In this document: positions 1 through 11,600 of the stretch, one piece after another
Layout of the letters: each line of letters opens with the position of its first letter
Position numbering within the stretch: the stretch's first letter is position 1
From: Eledone cirrhosa
Lineage: Eukaryota
Direction of reading: 5' to 3'
Assembly: GCA_964016885.1 (NCBI GenBank)
Contig: OZ024744.1
Coordinates: forward strand, 127,534,001 to 127,598,000
Length of the DNA stretch: 64,000 nucleotides
Translations under genes and position numbers: made by a program
The notes under the pieces: model-generated
What the model was told of the DNA's origin: nothing
The model's input: only the letters and a program-made list of their open reading frames with translations
The model's database searches: none

Positions 1-599
1 AAGTTAAGTTGGGGCTAAGTTAAGTTGGGGTTAAGTTAAGTTGGCGTTAAGTTAAGTTGGGGTTAAGTTAAGTTGGGGTTAAGGTAAGTTGGGGTTAAGT
101 TAAGTTGGGGTTCAGTTAAGTTGGGGTTATGTTAAGTTGGGGTTAAGTTAAGTTGGGGTTAAGTTAAGTTGGGGGTAACTTAAGTTGGGGTTAAGTTAAG
201 TTGAGGGGTTAAGTTAAGTTGGGGTTAAGTTAAGTTGGGGTTAAGATAAGTTGGGGTTAAGTTAAGTTGGGGTTAATTTAAGTTGGGGTTGAGTTAAGTT
301 GGGGTTAAGTTAAGTTCGGGTTGAGTTAAGTTGGGGTTAAGTTAAGTTGGGGTTAAGTTAAGTTGGGGTTAAGTTAAGTTGGGGTTAAGATAAGTTGGGG
401 TTAAGTTAAGTTGGGGTTAATTTAAGTTGGGGTTGAGTTAATTTGGGTTTAAGTTAAGTTGGGCTTAACTTAAGTTGGGGTTAAGTTGGGGTTAAGTTAA
501 GTTGGGGTTAAGTTAAGTTGGGGTTAAGTTAAGTTGGGGGTAAGTTAAGTTGGGGGCAAGTTAAGTTGGGGTTAATTTAAGTTGGGGTTAAGTTAAGTT

Positions 600-3500
600 A
601 GGGTTATGTTAAGTTGGGGTTAATTTAAGTTGGGGTTAAGTTAAGTTGGGGGTAACATAAGTTGAGGGTAAGTTAAGTTGAGGGTAAGTTAAGTTGAGGG
701 TAAGTTAAGTTCAGGTTAAGTTAAGTTGGGGTTAAGTTAAGTTGGGGGTAAGTTAAGTTGGGGGTAAGTTAAGTTGGGGTTAAGTTAAGTTGGGGTTAAA
801 TTAAGTTGAGGTTAAGTTAATTTGGGCTTAAGTTAAGTTGGGGTTAAGTTAAGTTGGGGGTAAGATAAGTTGGGGCTAAGTTAAGTTGGGGCTAAGTCAA
901 GTTGGGGTTAAGTCAAGTTGAGGTTAACTTAAGTTGGGGTTAAGTTAAGTTGGGGTTAAGTTAAGTTGGGGTTAAGGTAAGTTGGGGTTAAGTTAAGTTG
1001 GGGCTAAGTTAAGTTGGGGCTAAGTTAAGTTGGGGCTGAATTAAGTTGGGGTTAAGTTGGGGTTGAGTTAAGTTGGGGTTAAGTTAAGTTGGGATTAAGT
1101 TAAGTTGGGGTTAAGTTAAGTTCGGGTTGAGTTAAGTTGGGGTTAAGTTAAGTTGGGGTTAATTTAAGTTGGGGTTAAGTTAAGTTGGGGTTAAGATAAG
1201 TTGGGGTTAAGTTAAGTTGGGGTTAAGTTAAGTTGGGGTTGAGTTAAGTTGGGGGTAAGTTAAGTTGGGGGCAAGTTGAGTTGGGGTTAAGTTAAGTTGG
1301 GGTTAAGTTAAGGTGGGGGTAAGTTAAGTTGGGGGTAAGTTAAGTTGGGGGTAAGTTAAGTTGGGGTTAAGTTAAGTTGGGTTTAAGTTAAGTTGGGGCT
1401 AAGTTTAGTTGGGGTTAAGTTAAGTTGGGGGTAAGTTAAGTTGGGGTTGAGTTAAGTTGGGGTTAACTTAAGTTGGGGTTAAGTTGGGGTTAAGTTAAGT
1501 TGGGGTTAAATTAAGTTGGGGGTTAGTTAAGTTGGGGCAAGTTAAGTTGGGGTTAATTTAAGTTGGGGTTAAGTTAAGTTGGGGTTATGTTAAGTTGGGG
1601 TTAAGTTAAGTTGGGGTTAAGTTAAGTTGGGGGTAAGTTAAGTTGGGGTTAAGTTAAGTTGGGGGTAAGTTAAGTTGAGGGTAAGTTAAGTTGGGGTTAA
1701 GTTAAGTTGGGGTTAAATTAAGTTGGGGGTAAGTTAAGTTGGGGGTAAGTTAAGTTGGGGTTAAGTTAAGTTGGGGTTAAATTAAGTTGAGGTCAAGTTA
1801 AGTTGGGGTTAAGTTAAGTTGGGGTTAAGTTAAGTTGGGGGTAAGATAAGTTGGGGCTAAGTTAAGTTGGGGCTAAGTCAAGTTGGGGTTAAGTCAAGTT
1901 GAGGTTAACTTAAGTTGGGGTTAAGTTAAGTTGGGGTTAATTTAAGTTGGGGTTAAGTTAAGTTGGGGTTAAGGTAAGTTGGGGTTATGTTAAGTTGGGG
2001 CTAAGTTAAGTTGGGGCTAAGTTAAGTTGGGGCTGAGTTAAGTTGGGGTTAAGTTAAGTTGGGGTTGAGTTAAGTTGGGGTTAAGTTAAGTTGGGGTTAA
2101 TTTAAGTTGGGGTTAAGTTAAGTTGGGGTTAAGATAAGTTGGGGTTAAGTTAAGTTGGGGTTACGTTAAGTTGGGGTTGAGTTAATTTGGGGTTAAGTTA
2201 AGTTGGGGTTAACTTAAGTTGGGGTTAAGTTGGGGTTAAGTTAAGTTGGGGGTAGGTTAAGTTGGGGGCAAGTTAAGTTGGGGTTAAGTTAAGTTGGGGT
2301 TAAGTTAAGTTGGGGGTAAGTTAAGTCGGGGTTAAGTTAAGTTGGGGTTAAGTTAAGTTGGGTTTAAGTTAAGTTGGGGCTAAGTTAAGTTGGGGCTAAG
2401 TTAAGTTGGGACTGAGTTAAGTTGGGGGTAAGTTAAGTTGGGTGTAAGTTAAGTTGGGGTTCAGTTCAGTTGGGGTTAAGTTAAGTTGGGGTTAAGTTAA
2501 GCTGGGGTTAAGTTAAGTTGGGGTTTAGTTAAGTTGGGGTTAAGTTAAGTTGGGGTTAAGTTAAGTTGGGGTTGAGTTAAGTTGGGGTTGAGTTAAGTTG
2601 GGGTTAAGTTAAGTTGGGGTTAAGTTAAGTTGGGGTTAAGTTAAGTTGGGGGTAAGTAAAATGGGGGCAAGTTAAGTTGGGGTTAAGTTAAGTTGGGGTT
2701 AAGTTAAGTTGGGGTTAAGTTAAGTTAGGGTTAATTTCAGTTGGGGTTAAGTTAAGTTGGGGTTAAGTTAAGTTAGGGTTAATTTAAGTTGGGGTTATGT
2801 TAAGTTGGGGTTAAGTTAAGTTGGGGTTAAGTTAAGTTGGTGTTAAGTAAAGTTGGGGTTAAGTTAAGTTGTGGGTTAAGTTAAGTTGGGGTTAAGTTAA
2901 GTTGGGGTTAAGTTAAGTTGGTGTTAAGTAAAGTTGGGCTTAAGTTAAGTTGGGTTTGAGTTAAGTTGGGGCTAAGTTAAGTTAGGGCTAAGTTAAGTTG
3001 GGGTTAAGTTAAGTTGGGGCTAGGTTAAGTTGGGTCTAAGTTAAGTTGGGGTTAAGTTAAGTTGGGGTTAAGTTAAGTTGGGGTTAAATTAAGTTGGGGT
3101 TAAGCTAAGTTGGGGTTAAGTTAATTTGCGGTTAAGTTAGGTTGTGGGTTAAGTTAAGTTGGGGTTAAGTTAAGCTGGGGTTAAGTTGGGGTAAGTTAAG
3201 TTGGGGGTAAGTTAAGTTGGGGTTAAGTTAAGTTGGGGTTAAGTTAAGTTGGGGTTAAGTTAAGTTGGGGTTGAGTTAAGTTGGGGTTGAGTTAAGTTGG
3301 GGTTAAGTTAAGTTGGGGTTAAGTTAAGTTGGGGTTAAGTTAAGTTGGGGTTAAGTTAAGTTGGGGGTAAGTTAAGTTGGGGGCAAGTTAAGTTGGGGTT
3401 AAGTTAAGTTGGGGTTAAGTTAAGTTGGGGTTAAGTTAAGTTGGGGTTAAGTTAAGTTGGGGTTAAATTAAGTTGGGGTTAAGTTAAGTTGGGGTTAAGT

Positions 3501-6500
3501 TAAGTTGGGGTTAAATTAAGTTGGGGTTCAGTTAAGTTGGGGTTAAATTAAGTTGGGGTTAAGTTAAGTTGGGGTTAGTTAAGTTGGGGTTAAGTTAAGT
3601 TGGGGTTAATTTCAGTTGGGGTTATGTTAAGTTGGGGTTAAGTTAAGTTGGGGTTAAGTTAAAGTTGGGGTTAAGTTAAGTTGGGGTAAAGTTAAGTTAG
3701 GGTTAAGTTAAGTTGGGGTTAAGTTAAGTTGGGGTTAAATTAAGTTGGGGTTAAGTTAAGTTGGGGTTAAGTTAAGTTGGGGTTAAATTAAGTTGGGGTT
3801 CAGTTAAGTTGGGGTTAAATTAAGTTGGGGTTAAGTTAAGTTGGGGTTAGTTAAGTTGGGGTTAAGTTAAGTTGGGGTTAAGTTAAGTTGGGGTTAAGTT
3901 AAGTTGGGGTTAAGTTAAGTTGGCGTTAAGTTAAGTTGGGGTTAAGTTAAGTTGGGGTCAAATTAAGTTGGGGTTAAGTTAAGTTGGGGTTAATTTAAGT
4001 TGGGGTTAAGTTAAGTTGGGGTTAAGTTAAGTTGGAGTTAAGTCAAGTTGGGGCTAAGTCAAGTTGGGGTTAAGTCAAGTTGGGGTTAAGTTAAGTTGGG
4101 GGTAAGTTAAGTTGGGTGTAAGTTAAGTTGGGGTTAAGTTAAGTTGGGGTTCAGTTCAGTTGGGGTTAAGTGAAGTTGGGGTTAAGTTAAGATGGGGGTA
4201 AGTTAAGTTGGGGTTAAGTTAAGTTGGGGTTAAGTTAAGTTGGGGTTAAGTTAAGTTGGGGTTAAGTTAAGTTGGAGTTAAGTTAAGTTGGAGTTAAGTT
4301 AAGTTGGGGTTAAGCTAAGTTGGGGTTCAGTTAAGTTGGGGTTAAGTTAATTTGGGGCTAAGTTAAGTTGGGGTTAAGTTAAGTTCGGGTTGAGTTAAGT
4401 TGGGGTTAAGTTAAGTTGGGGTTAAGTTAAGTTGGGGTTAAGTTAAGTTGGGGTTAAGATAAGTTGGGGTTAAGTTAAGTTGGGGTTAATTTAAGTTGGG
4501 GTTGAGTTAATTTGGGTTTAAGTTAAGTTGGGCTTAATTTAAGTTGGGGTTAAGTTGGGCTTAATTTAAGTTGGGGTTAAGTTGGGGGTAAGTTAAGTTG
4601 GGGGCAAGTTAAGTTGGGGTTAATTTAAGTTGGGGTTAAGTTAAGTTGGGGTTATGTTAAGTTGGGGTTAAGTTAAGTTGGGGTTAAGTTAAGTTGGGGG
4701 TAACTTAAGTTGGGGTTAAGTTAAGTTGAGGGTAAGTTAAGTTGAAGGTAAGTTAAGTTGAGGTTAAGTTAAGTTGGGGTTAAGTTAAGTTGGGGGTAAG
4801 TTAAGTTGGGTGTAAGTTAAGTTGGGGTTAAGTTAAGTTGGGGTTAAATTAAGTTGAGGTTAAGTTAATTTGGGATTAAGTTAAGTTGGGGTTAAGTTAA
4901 GTTGGGGGTAAGATAAGTTGGGGCTAAGTTAAGTTGGGGCTAAGTCAAGTTGGGGTTAAGTCAAGTTGAGGTTAACTTAAGTTGGGGTTAAGTTAAGTTG
5001 GGGCTAAGTTAAGTTGGGGTTAAGGTAAGTTGGGGTTAAGTTAAGTTGGGGTTCAGTTAAGTTGGGGTTAAGTTAATTTGGGGCTGAGTTAAGTTGGGGT
5101 TAAGTTAAGTTCGGGTTGAGTTAAGTTGGGGTTAAGTTAAGTTGGGGTTAAGTTAAGTTGGGGTTAAGTTAAGTTGGGGTTAAGATAAGTTGGGGTTAAG
5201 TTAAGTTGGGGTTAATTTAAGTTGGGGTTGAGTTAAGTTGGGGTTAAGTTAAGTTCGGGTTGAGTTAAGTTGGGGTTAAGTTAAGTTGGGGTTAAGTTAA
5301 GTTGGGGTTAAGTTAAGTTGGGGTTAAGTTAAGTTGGGGGTAACTTAAGTTGAGGGTAAGTTAAGTTGAGGGTAAGTTAAGTTGTGGGTAAGTTAAGTTC
5401 AGGTTAAGTTAAGTTGGGGTTAAGTTAAGTTGGGGGTAAGTTAAGTTGGGGGTAAGTTAAGTTGGGGCTAAGTCAAGTTGGGGTTAAGTCAAGTTGAGGT
5501 TAACTTAAGTTGGGGTTAAGTTAAGTTGGGGTTAAGTTAAGTTGGGGTTAAGGTAAGTTGGGGTTAAGTTAAGTTGGGGCTAAGTTAAGTTGGGGCTAAG
5601 TTAAGTTGGGGCTGAGTTAAGTTGGGGTTAAGTTGGGGTTGAGTTAAGTTGGGGTTAAGTTAAGTTGGGATTAAGTTAAGTTGGGGTTAAGTTAAGTTCG
5701 GGTTGAGTTAAGTTGGGGTTAAGTTAAGTTGGGGTTAATTTAAGTTGGGTTAAGTTAAGTTGGGGTTAAGATAAGTTGGGGTTAAGTTAAGTTGGGGTTA
5801 AGTTAAGTTGGGGTTGAGTTAATTTGGGGTTAAGTTAAGTTGGGGTTAACTTAAGTTGGGGTTAAGTTAAGTTGGGGTTAAGTTAAGTTGGGGGTAAGTT
5901 AAGTTGGGGGCAAGTTGAGTTGGGGTTAAGTTAAGTTGGGGTTAAGTTAAGGTGGGGGTAAGTTAATTTGGGGGTAAGTTAAGTTGGGGGTAAGTTAAGT
6001 TGGGGTTAAGTTAAGTTGGGTTTAAGTTAAGTTGGGGCTAAGTTTAGTTGGGGTTAAGTTAAGTTGGGGGTAAGTTAAGTTGGGGTTGAGTTAAGTTGGG
6101 GTTAACTTAAGTTGGGGTTAAGTTGGGGTTAAGTTAAGTTGGGGTTAAATTAAGTTGGGGGTTAGTTAAGTTGGGGCAAGTTAAGTTGGGGTTAATTTAA
6201 GTTGGGGTTAAGTTAAGTTGGGGTTATGTTAAGTTGGGGTTAAGTTAAGTTGGGGTTAAGTTAAGTTGGGGGTAAGTTAAGTTGGGGTTAAGTTAAGTTG
6301 GGGGTAAGTTAAGTTGAGGGTAAGTTAAGTTGGGGTTAAGTTAAGTTGGGGTTAAATTAAGTTGGGGGTAAGTTAAGTTGGGGGTAAGTTAAGTTGGGGT
6401 TAAGTTAAGTTGGGGTTAAATTAAGTTGAGGTTAAGTTAAGTTGGGGTTAAGTTAAGTTGGGGTTAAGTTAAGTTGGGGGTAAGATAAGTTGGGGCTAAG

Positions 6501-8640
6501 TTAAGTTGGGGCTAAGTCAAGTTGGGGTTAAGTCAAGTTGAGGTTAACTTAAGTTGGGGTTAAGTTAAGTTGGGGTTAATTTAAGTTGGGGTTAAGTTAA
6601 GTTGGGGTTAAGGTAAGTTGGGGTTATGTTAAGTTGGGGCTAAGTTAAGTTGGGGCTAAGTTAAGTTGGGGCTGAGTTAAGTTGGGGTTAAGTTAAGTTG
6701 GGGTTGAGTTAAGTTGGGGTTAAGTTAAGTTGGGGTTAATTTAAGTTGGGGTTAAGTTAAGTTGGGGTTAAGATAAGTTGGGGTTAAGTTAAGTTGGGGT
6801 TACGTTAAGTTGGGGTTGAGTTAATTTGGGGTTAAGTTAAGTTGGGGTTAACTTAAGTTGGGGTTAAGTTGGGGTTAAGTTAAGTTGGAGGTAGGTTAAG
6901 TTGGGGGCAAGTTAAGTTGGGGTTAAGTTAAGTTGGGGTTAAGTTAAGTTGGGGGTAAGTTAAGTCGGGGTTAAGTTAAGTTGGGGTTAAGTTAAGTTGG
7001 GTTTAAGTTAAGTTGGGGCTAAGTTAAGTTGGGGCTAAGTTAAGTTGGGACTGAGTTAAGTTGGGGGTAAGTTAAGTTGGGTGTAAGTTAAGTTGGGGTT
7101 CAGTTCAGTTGGGGTTAAGTTAAGTTGGGGTTAAGTTAAGCTGGGGTTAAGTTAAGTTGGGGTTTAGTTAAGTAGGGGTTAAGTTAAGTTGGGGTTAAGT
7201 TAAGTTGGGGTTGAGTTAAGTTGGGGATGAGTTAAGTTGGGGTTAAGTTAAGTTGGGGTTTAGTTAAGTTGGGGTTAAGTTAAGTTGGGGGTAAGTTAAG
7301 TTGGGGGTAAGTAAAATGGGGGCAAGTTAAGTTGGGGTTAAGTTAAGTTGGGGTTAAGTTAAGTTGGGGTTAAGTTAAGTTAGGGTTAATTTCAGTTGGG
7401 GTTAAGTTAAGTTGGGGTTAAGTTAAGTTAGGGTTAATTTAAGTTGGGGTTATGTTAAGTTGGGGTTAAGTTAAGTTGGGGTTAAGTTAAGTTGGTGTTA
7501 AGTAAAGTTGGGGTTAAGTTAAGTTGTGGGTTAAGTTAAGTTGGGGTTAAGTTAAGTTGGGGTTAAGTTAAGTTGGTGTTAAGTAAAGTTGGGCTTAAGT
7601 TAAGTTGGGTTTGAGTTAAGTTGGGGCTAAGTTAAGTTAGGGCTAAGTTAAGTTGGGGTTAAGTTAAGTTGGGGCTAGGTTAAGTTGGGTCTAAGTTAAG
7701 TTGGGGTTAAGTTAAGTTGGGGTTAAGTTAAGTTGGGGTTAAATTAAGTTGGGGTTAAGCTAAGTTGGGGTTAAGTTAATTTGCGGTTAAGTTAGGTTGT
7801 GGGTTAAGTTAAGTTGGGGTTAAGTTAAGCTGGGGTTAAGTTGGGGTAAGTTAAGTTGGGGGTAAGTTAAGTTGGGGTTAAGGTAAGTTGGGGTTAAGTT
7901 AAGTTGGGGTTAAGTTAAGTTGGGGTTAAGTTAAGTTGGGGTTGAGTTAAGTTGGGGTTGAGTTAAGTTGGGGTTAAGTTAAGTTGGGGTTAAGTTAAGT
8001 TGGGGTTAAGTTAAGTTGGGGGCAAGTTAAGTTGGGGTTAAGTTAAGTTGGGGTTAAGTTAAGTTGGGGTTAAGTTAAGTTGGGGTTAAGTTAAGTTGGG
8101 GTTAAATTAAGTTGGGGTTCAGTTAAGTTGGGGTTAAATTAAGTTGGGGTTAAGTTAAGTTGGGGTTAGTTAAGTTTGGGTTAAGTTAAGTTGGGGTTAA
8201 TTTCAGTTGGGGTTATGTTAAATTGGGGTTAAGTTAAGTTGGGGTTAAGTTAAAGTTGGGGTTAAGTTAAGTTGGGGTAAAGTTAAGTTAGGGTTAAGTT
8301 AAGTTGGGGTTAAGTTAAGTTGGGGTTAAATTAAGTTGGGGTTAAGTTAAGTTGGGGTTAAGTTAAGTTGGGGTTAAATTAAGTTGGGGTTCAGTTAAGT
8401 TGGGGTTAAATTAAGTTGGAGTTAAGTCAAGTTGGGGTTAAGTCAAGTTGGGGTTAAGTCAAGTTGGGGTTAAGTTAAGTTGGGGGTAAGTTAAGTTGGG
8501 TGTAAGTTAAGTTGGGGTTAAGTTAAGTTGGGGTTCAGTTCAGTTGGGGTTAAGTGAAGTTGGGGTTAAGTTAAGATGGGGGTAAGTTAAGTTGGGGTTA
8601 AGTTAAGTTGGGGTTAAGTTAAGTTGGGGTTAAGTTAAGT
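600..8640 (+). repeat. Older, more diverged duplication with about 4.64-kb offset (roughly 600-4230 vs 5340-8640), carried within the 8,210-bp unit
   Basis: gggactgag A at 2411/7050 (+4,639). The same ordered run of markers (ttacgtt, gtaaaatggggg, ggtgttaagtaaag, tttgcgg, ttaaag, gatggggg) occurs in both, with whole-monomer indels and private variants such as ggaggtagg and ggggatgag in the second copy. Confidence 0.8.
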
Positions 8641-11600
8641 TGGGGGTAAGTTAAGTCGGGGTTAAGTTAAGTTGGGGTTTAGTTAAGTTGGGTTTAAGTT
8701 AAGTTGGGGCTAAGTTAAGTTGGGGCTAAGTTAAGTTGGGGCTGAGTTAAGTAGGGGGTAAGTTAAGTTGGGTGTAAGTTAAGTTGGGGTTCAGTTCAGT
8801 TGGGGTTAAGTTAAGTTGGGGTTAAGTTAAGCTGGGGTTAAGTTAAGTTGGGGTTAAGTTAAGTTGGGGTTAAGTTAAGTTGGGGTTAAGTTAAGTTGGG
8901 GTTGAGTTAAGTTGGGGTTAAGTTAAGTTGGGGGTAAGTTAAGTTGGGGGTAAGTTAAGTTAGGGGCAAGTTAAGTTGGGGTTAAGTTAAGTTCGGGTTA
9001 AGTTAAGTTGGGGTTAAGTTAAGTTAGGGTTAATTTCAGTTGGGGTTAACTTAAGTTGGGGTTAAGTTAAGTAAGGGTTAATTTAAGTTGGGGTTATGTT
9101 AAGTTGGGGTTAAGTTAAGTTGGGGTTAAGTTAAGTTGGTGTTAAGTAAAGTTGGGGTTAAGTTAAGTTGTGGGTTAAGTTAAGTTGGGGTTAAGTTAAG
9201 TTGGGGTTAAGTTAAGTTGGTGTTAAGTAAAGTTGGGCTTAAGTTAAGTTGGGTTTGAGTTAAGTTGGGTCTAAGTTAAGTTAGGGTTAATTTAAGTTGG
9301 GGTTATGTTAAGTTGGGGTTAAGTTAAGTTGGGGCTAGGTTAAGTTGGGTCTAAGTTAAGTTGGGGTTAAGTTAAGTTGGGGTTAAGTTAAGTTGGGGTT
9401 AAATTAAGTTGGGGTTAAGTTAAGTTGGGGTTAAGCTAAGTTGGGGTTAAGTTAATTTGCGGTTAAGTTAGGTTGTTGGTTAATTTAAGTTGGGGGTAAG
9501 TTAAGTTGGGGGTAAGTTAAGTTGGGGTTAAGTTAAGTTGGGGTTAAGTTAAGTTGGGGTTAAGTTAAGTTGTGGTTAAGTTCAGTTGGGGTTAAGTTAA
9601 GTTGGGGTTAAGTTAAGCTGGGGGTAAGTTAAGTTGGGTGTAAGTTAAGTTGGGGTTAAGTTAAGTTGGGGTTAAGTTAAGTTGGGGTTAAATTAAGTTG
9701 GGGTTAAGTTAAGTTGGGGTTATGTTAAGTTGGGGTTAAGTTAAGTTGGGGTTAAGATAAGTTGGGGTTAAGTTAAGTTGAGGTTAATTTAAGTTGGAGT
9801 TAAGTTAAGTTGGGGTTAAGCTAAGTTGGGGTTAAGTTAATTTGCGGTTAAGTTAGGTTGTGGGTTAAGTTAAGTTGGGGTTAAGTTAAGCTGGGGTTAA
9901 GTTGGGGTAAGTTAAGTTGGGGGTAAGTTAAGTTGGGGTTAAGTTAAGTTGGGGTTAAGTTAAGTTGGGGTTAAGTTAAGTTGGGGTTGAGTTAAGTTGA
10001 GGTTGAGTTAAGTTGGGGTTAAGTTAAGTTGGGGTTAACTTAAGTTGGGGTTAAGTTAAGTTGGGGGTAAGTTAAGTTGGGGGCAAGTTAAGTTGGGGTT
10101 AAGTTAAGTTGGGGTTAAGTTAAGTTGGGGTTAAGTTAAGTTGGGGTTAAGTTAAATTGGGGTTAAGTTAAGTTAGGGTTAATTTCAGTTGGGGTTATGT
10201 TAAGTTGGGGCTAAGTTAAGTTGGGGCTAAGTTAAGTTGGGGCTGAGTTAAGTTGGGGTTAAGTTAAGTTGGGGTTGAGTTAAGTTGGGGTTAAGTTAAG
10301 TTGGGGTTAATTTAAGTTGGGGTTAAGTTAAGTTGGGGTTAAGATAAGTTGGGGTTAAGTTAAGTTGGGGTTACGTTAAGTTGGGGTTGAGTTAATTTGG
10401 GGTTAAGTTAAGTTGGGGTTAACTTAAGTTGGGGTTAAGTTGGGGTTAAGTTAAGTTGGGGGTAGGTTAAGTTGGGGGCAAGTTAAGTTGGGGTTAAGTT
10501 AAGTTGGGGTTAAGTTAAGTTGGGGGTAAGTTAAGTCGGGGTTAAGTTAAGTTGGGGTTAAGTTAAGTTGGGTTTAAGTTAAGTTGGGGCTAAGTTAAGT
10601 TGGGGCTAAGTTAAGTTGGGACTGAGTTAAGTTGGGGGTAAGTTAAGTTGGGTGTAAGTTAAGTTGGGGTTCAGTTCAGTTGGGGTTAAGTTAAGTTGGG
10701 GTTAAGTTAAGCTGGGGTTAAGTTAAGTTGGGGTTTAGTTAAGTTGGGGTTAAGTTAAGTTGGGGTTAAGTTAAGTTGGGGTTGAGTTAAGTTGGGGTTG
10801 AGTTAAGTTGGGGTTAAGTTAAGTTGGGGTTAAGTTAAGTTGGGGTTAAGTTAAGTTGGGGGTAAGTAAAATGGGGGCAAGTTAAGTTGGGGTTAAGTTA
10901 AGTTGGGGTTAAGTTAAGTTGGGGTTAAGTTAAGTTAGGGTTAATTTCAGTTGGGGTTAAGTTAAGTTGGGGTTAAGTTAAGTTAGGGTTAATTTAAGTT
11001 GGGGTTATGTTAAGTTGGGGTTAAGTTAAGTTGGGGTTAAGTTAAGTTGGTGTTAAGTAAAGTTGGGGTTAAGTTAAGTTGTGGGTTAAGTTAAGTTGGG
11101 GTTAAGTTAAGTTGGGGTTAAGTTAAGTTGGTGTTAAGTAAAGTTGGGCTTAAGTTAAGTTGGGTTTGAGTTAAGTTGGGGCTAAGTTAAGTTAGGGCTA
11201 AGTTAAGTTGGGGTTAAGTTAAGTTGGGGCTAGGTTAAGTTGGGTCTAAGTTAAGTTGGGGTTAAGTTAAGTTGGGGTTAAGTTAAGTTGGGGTTAAATT
11301 AAGTTGGGGTTAAGCTAAGTTGGGGTTAAGTTAATTTGCGGTTAAGTTAGGTTGTGGGTTAAGTTAAGTTGGGGTTAAGTTAAGCTGGGGTTAAGTTGGG
11401 GTAAGTTAAGTTGGGGGTAAGTTAAGTTGGGGTTAAGTTAAGTTGGGGTTAAGTTAAGTTGGGGTTAAGTTAAGTTGGGGTTGAGTTAAGTTGGGGTTGA
11501 GTTAAGTTGGGGTTAAGTTAAGTTGGGGTTAAGTTAAGTTGGGGTTAAGTTAAGTTGGGGTTAAGTTAAGTTGGGGGTAAGTTAAGTTGGGGGCAAGTTA

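Noticed and set aside
598-603. Scattered TTAGGG hexamers (vertebrate-type telomere motif), also TTAGG
   Set aside because: These are isolated single-base variants of TTGGGG or TTAAG propagated by block duplication. They are never tandem.
926-935. 10-bp palindrome AACTTAAGTT in the TTAACTTAAG variant
   Set aside because: It arises automatically from one G>C change in a TTAA-rich unit, and there is no evidence for an operator or hairpin function. It is useful only as an AflII/HpaI site for restriction mapping.
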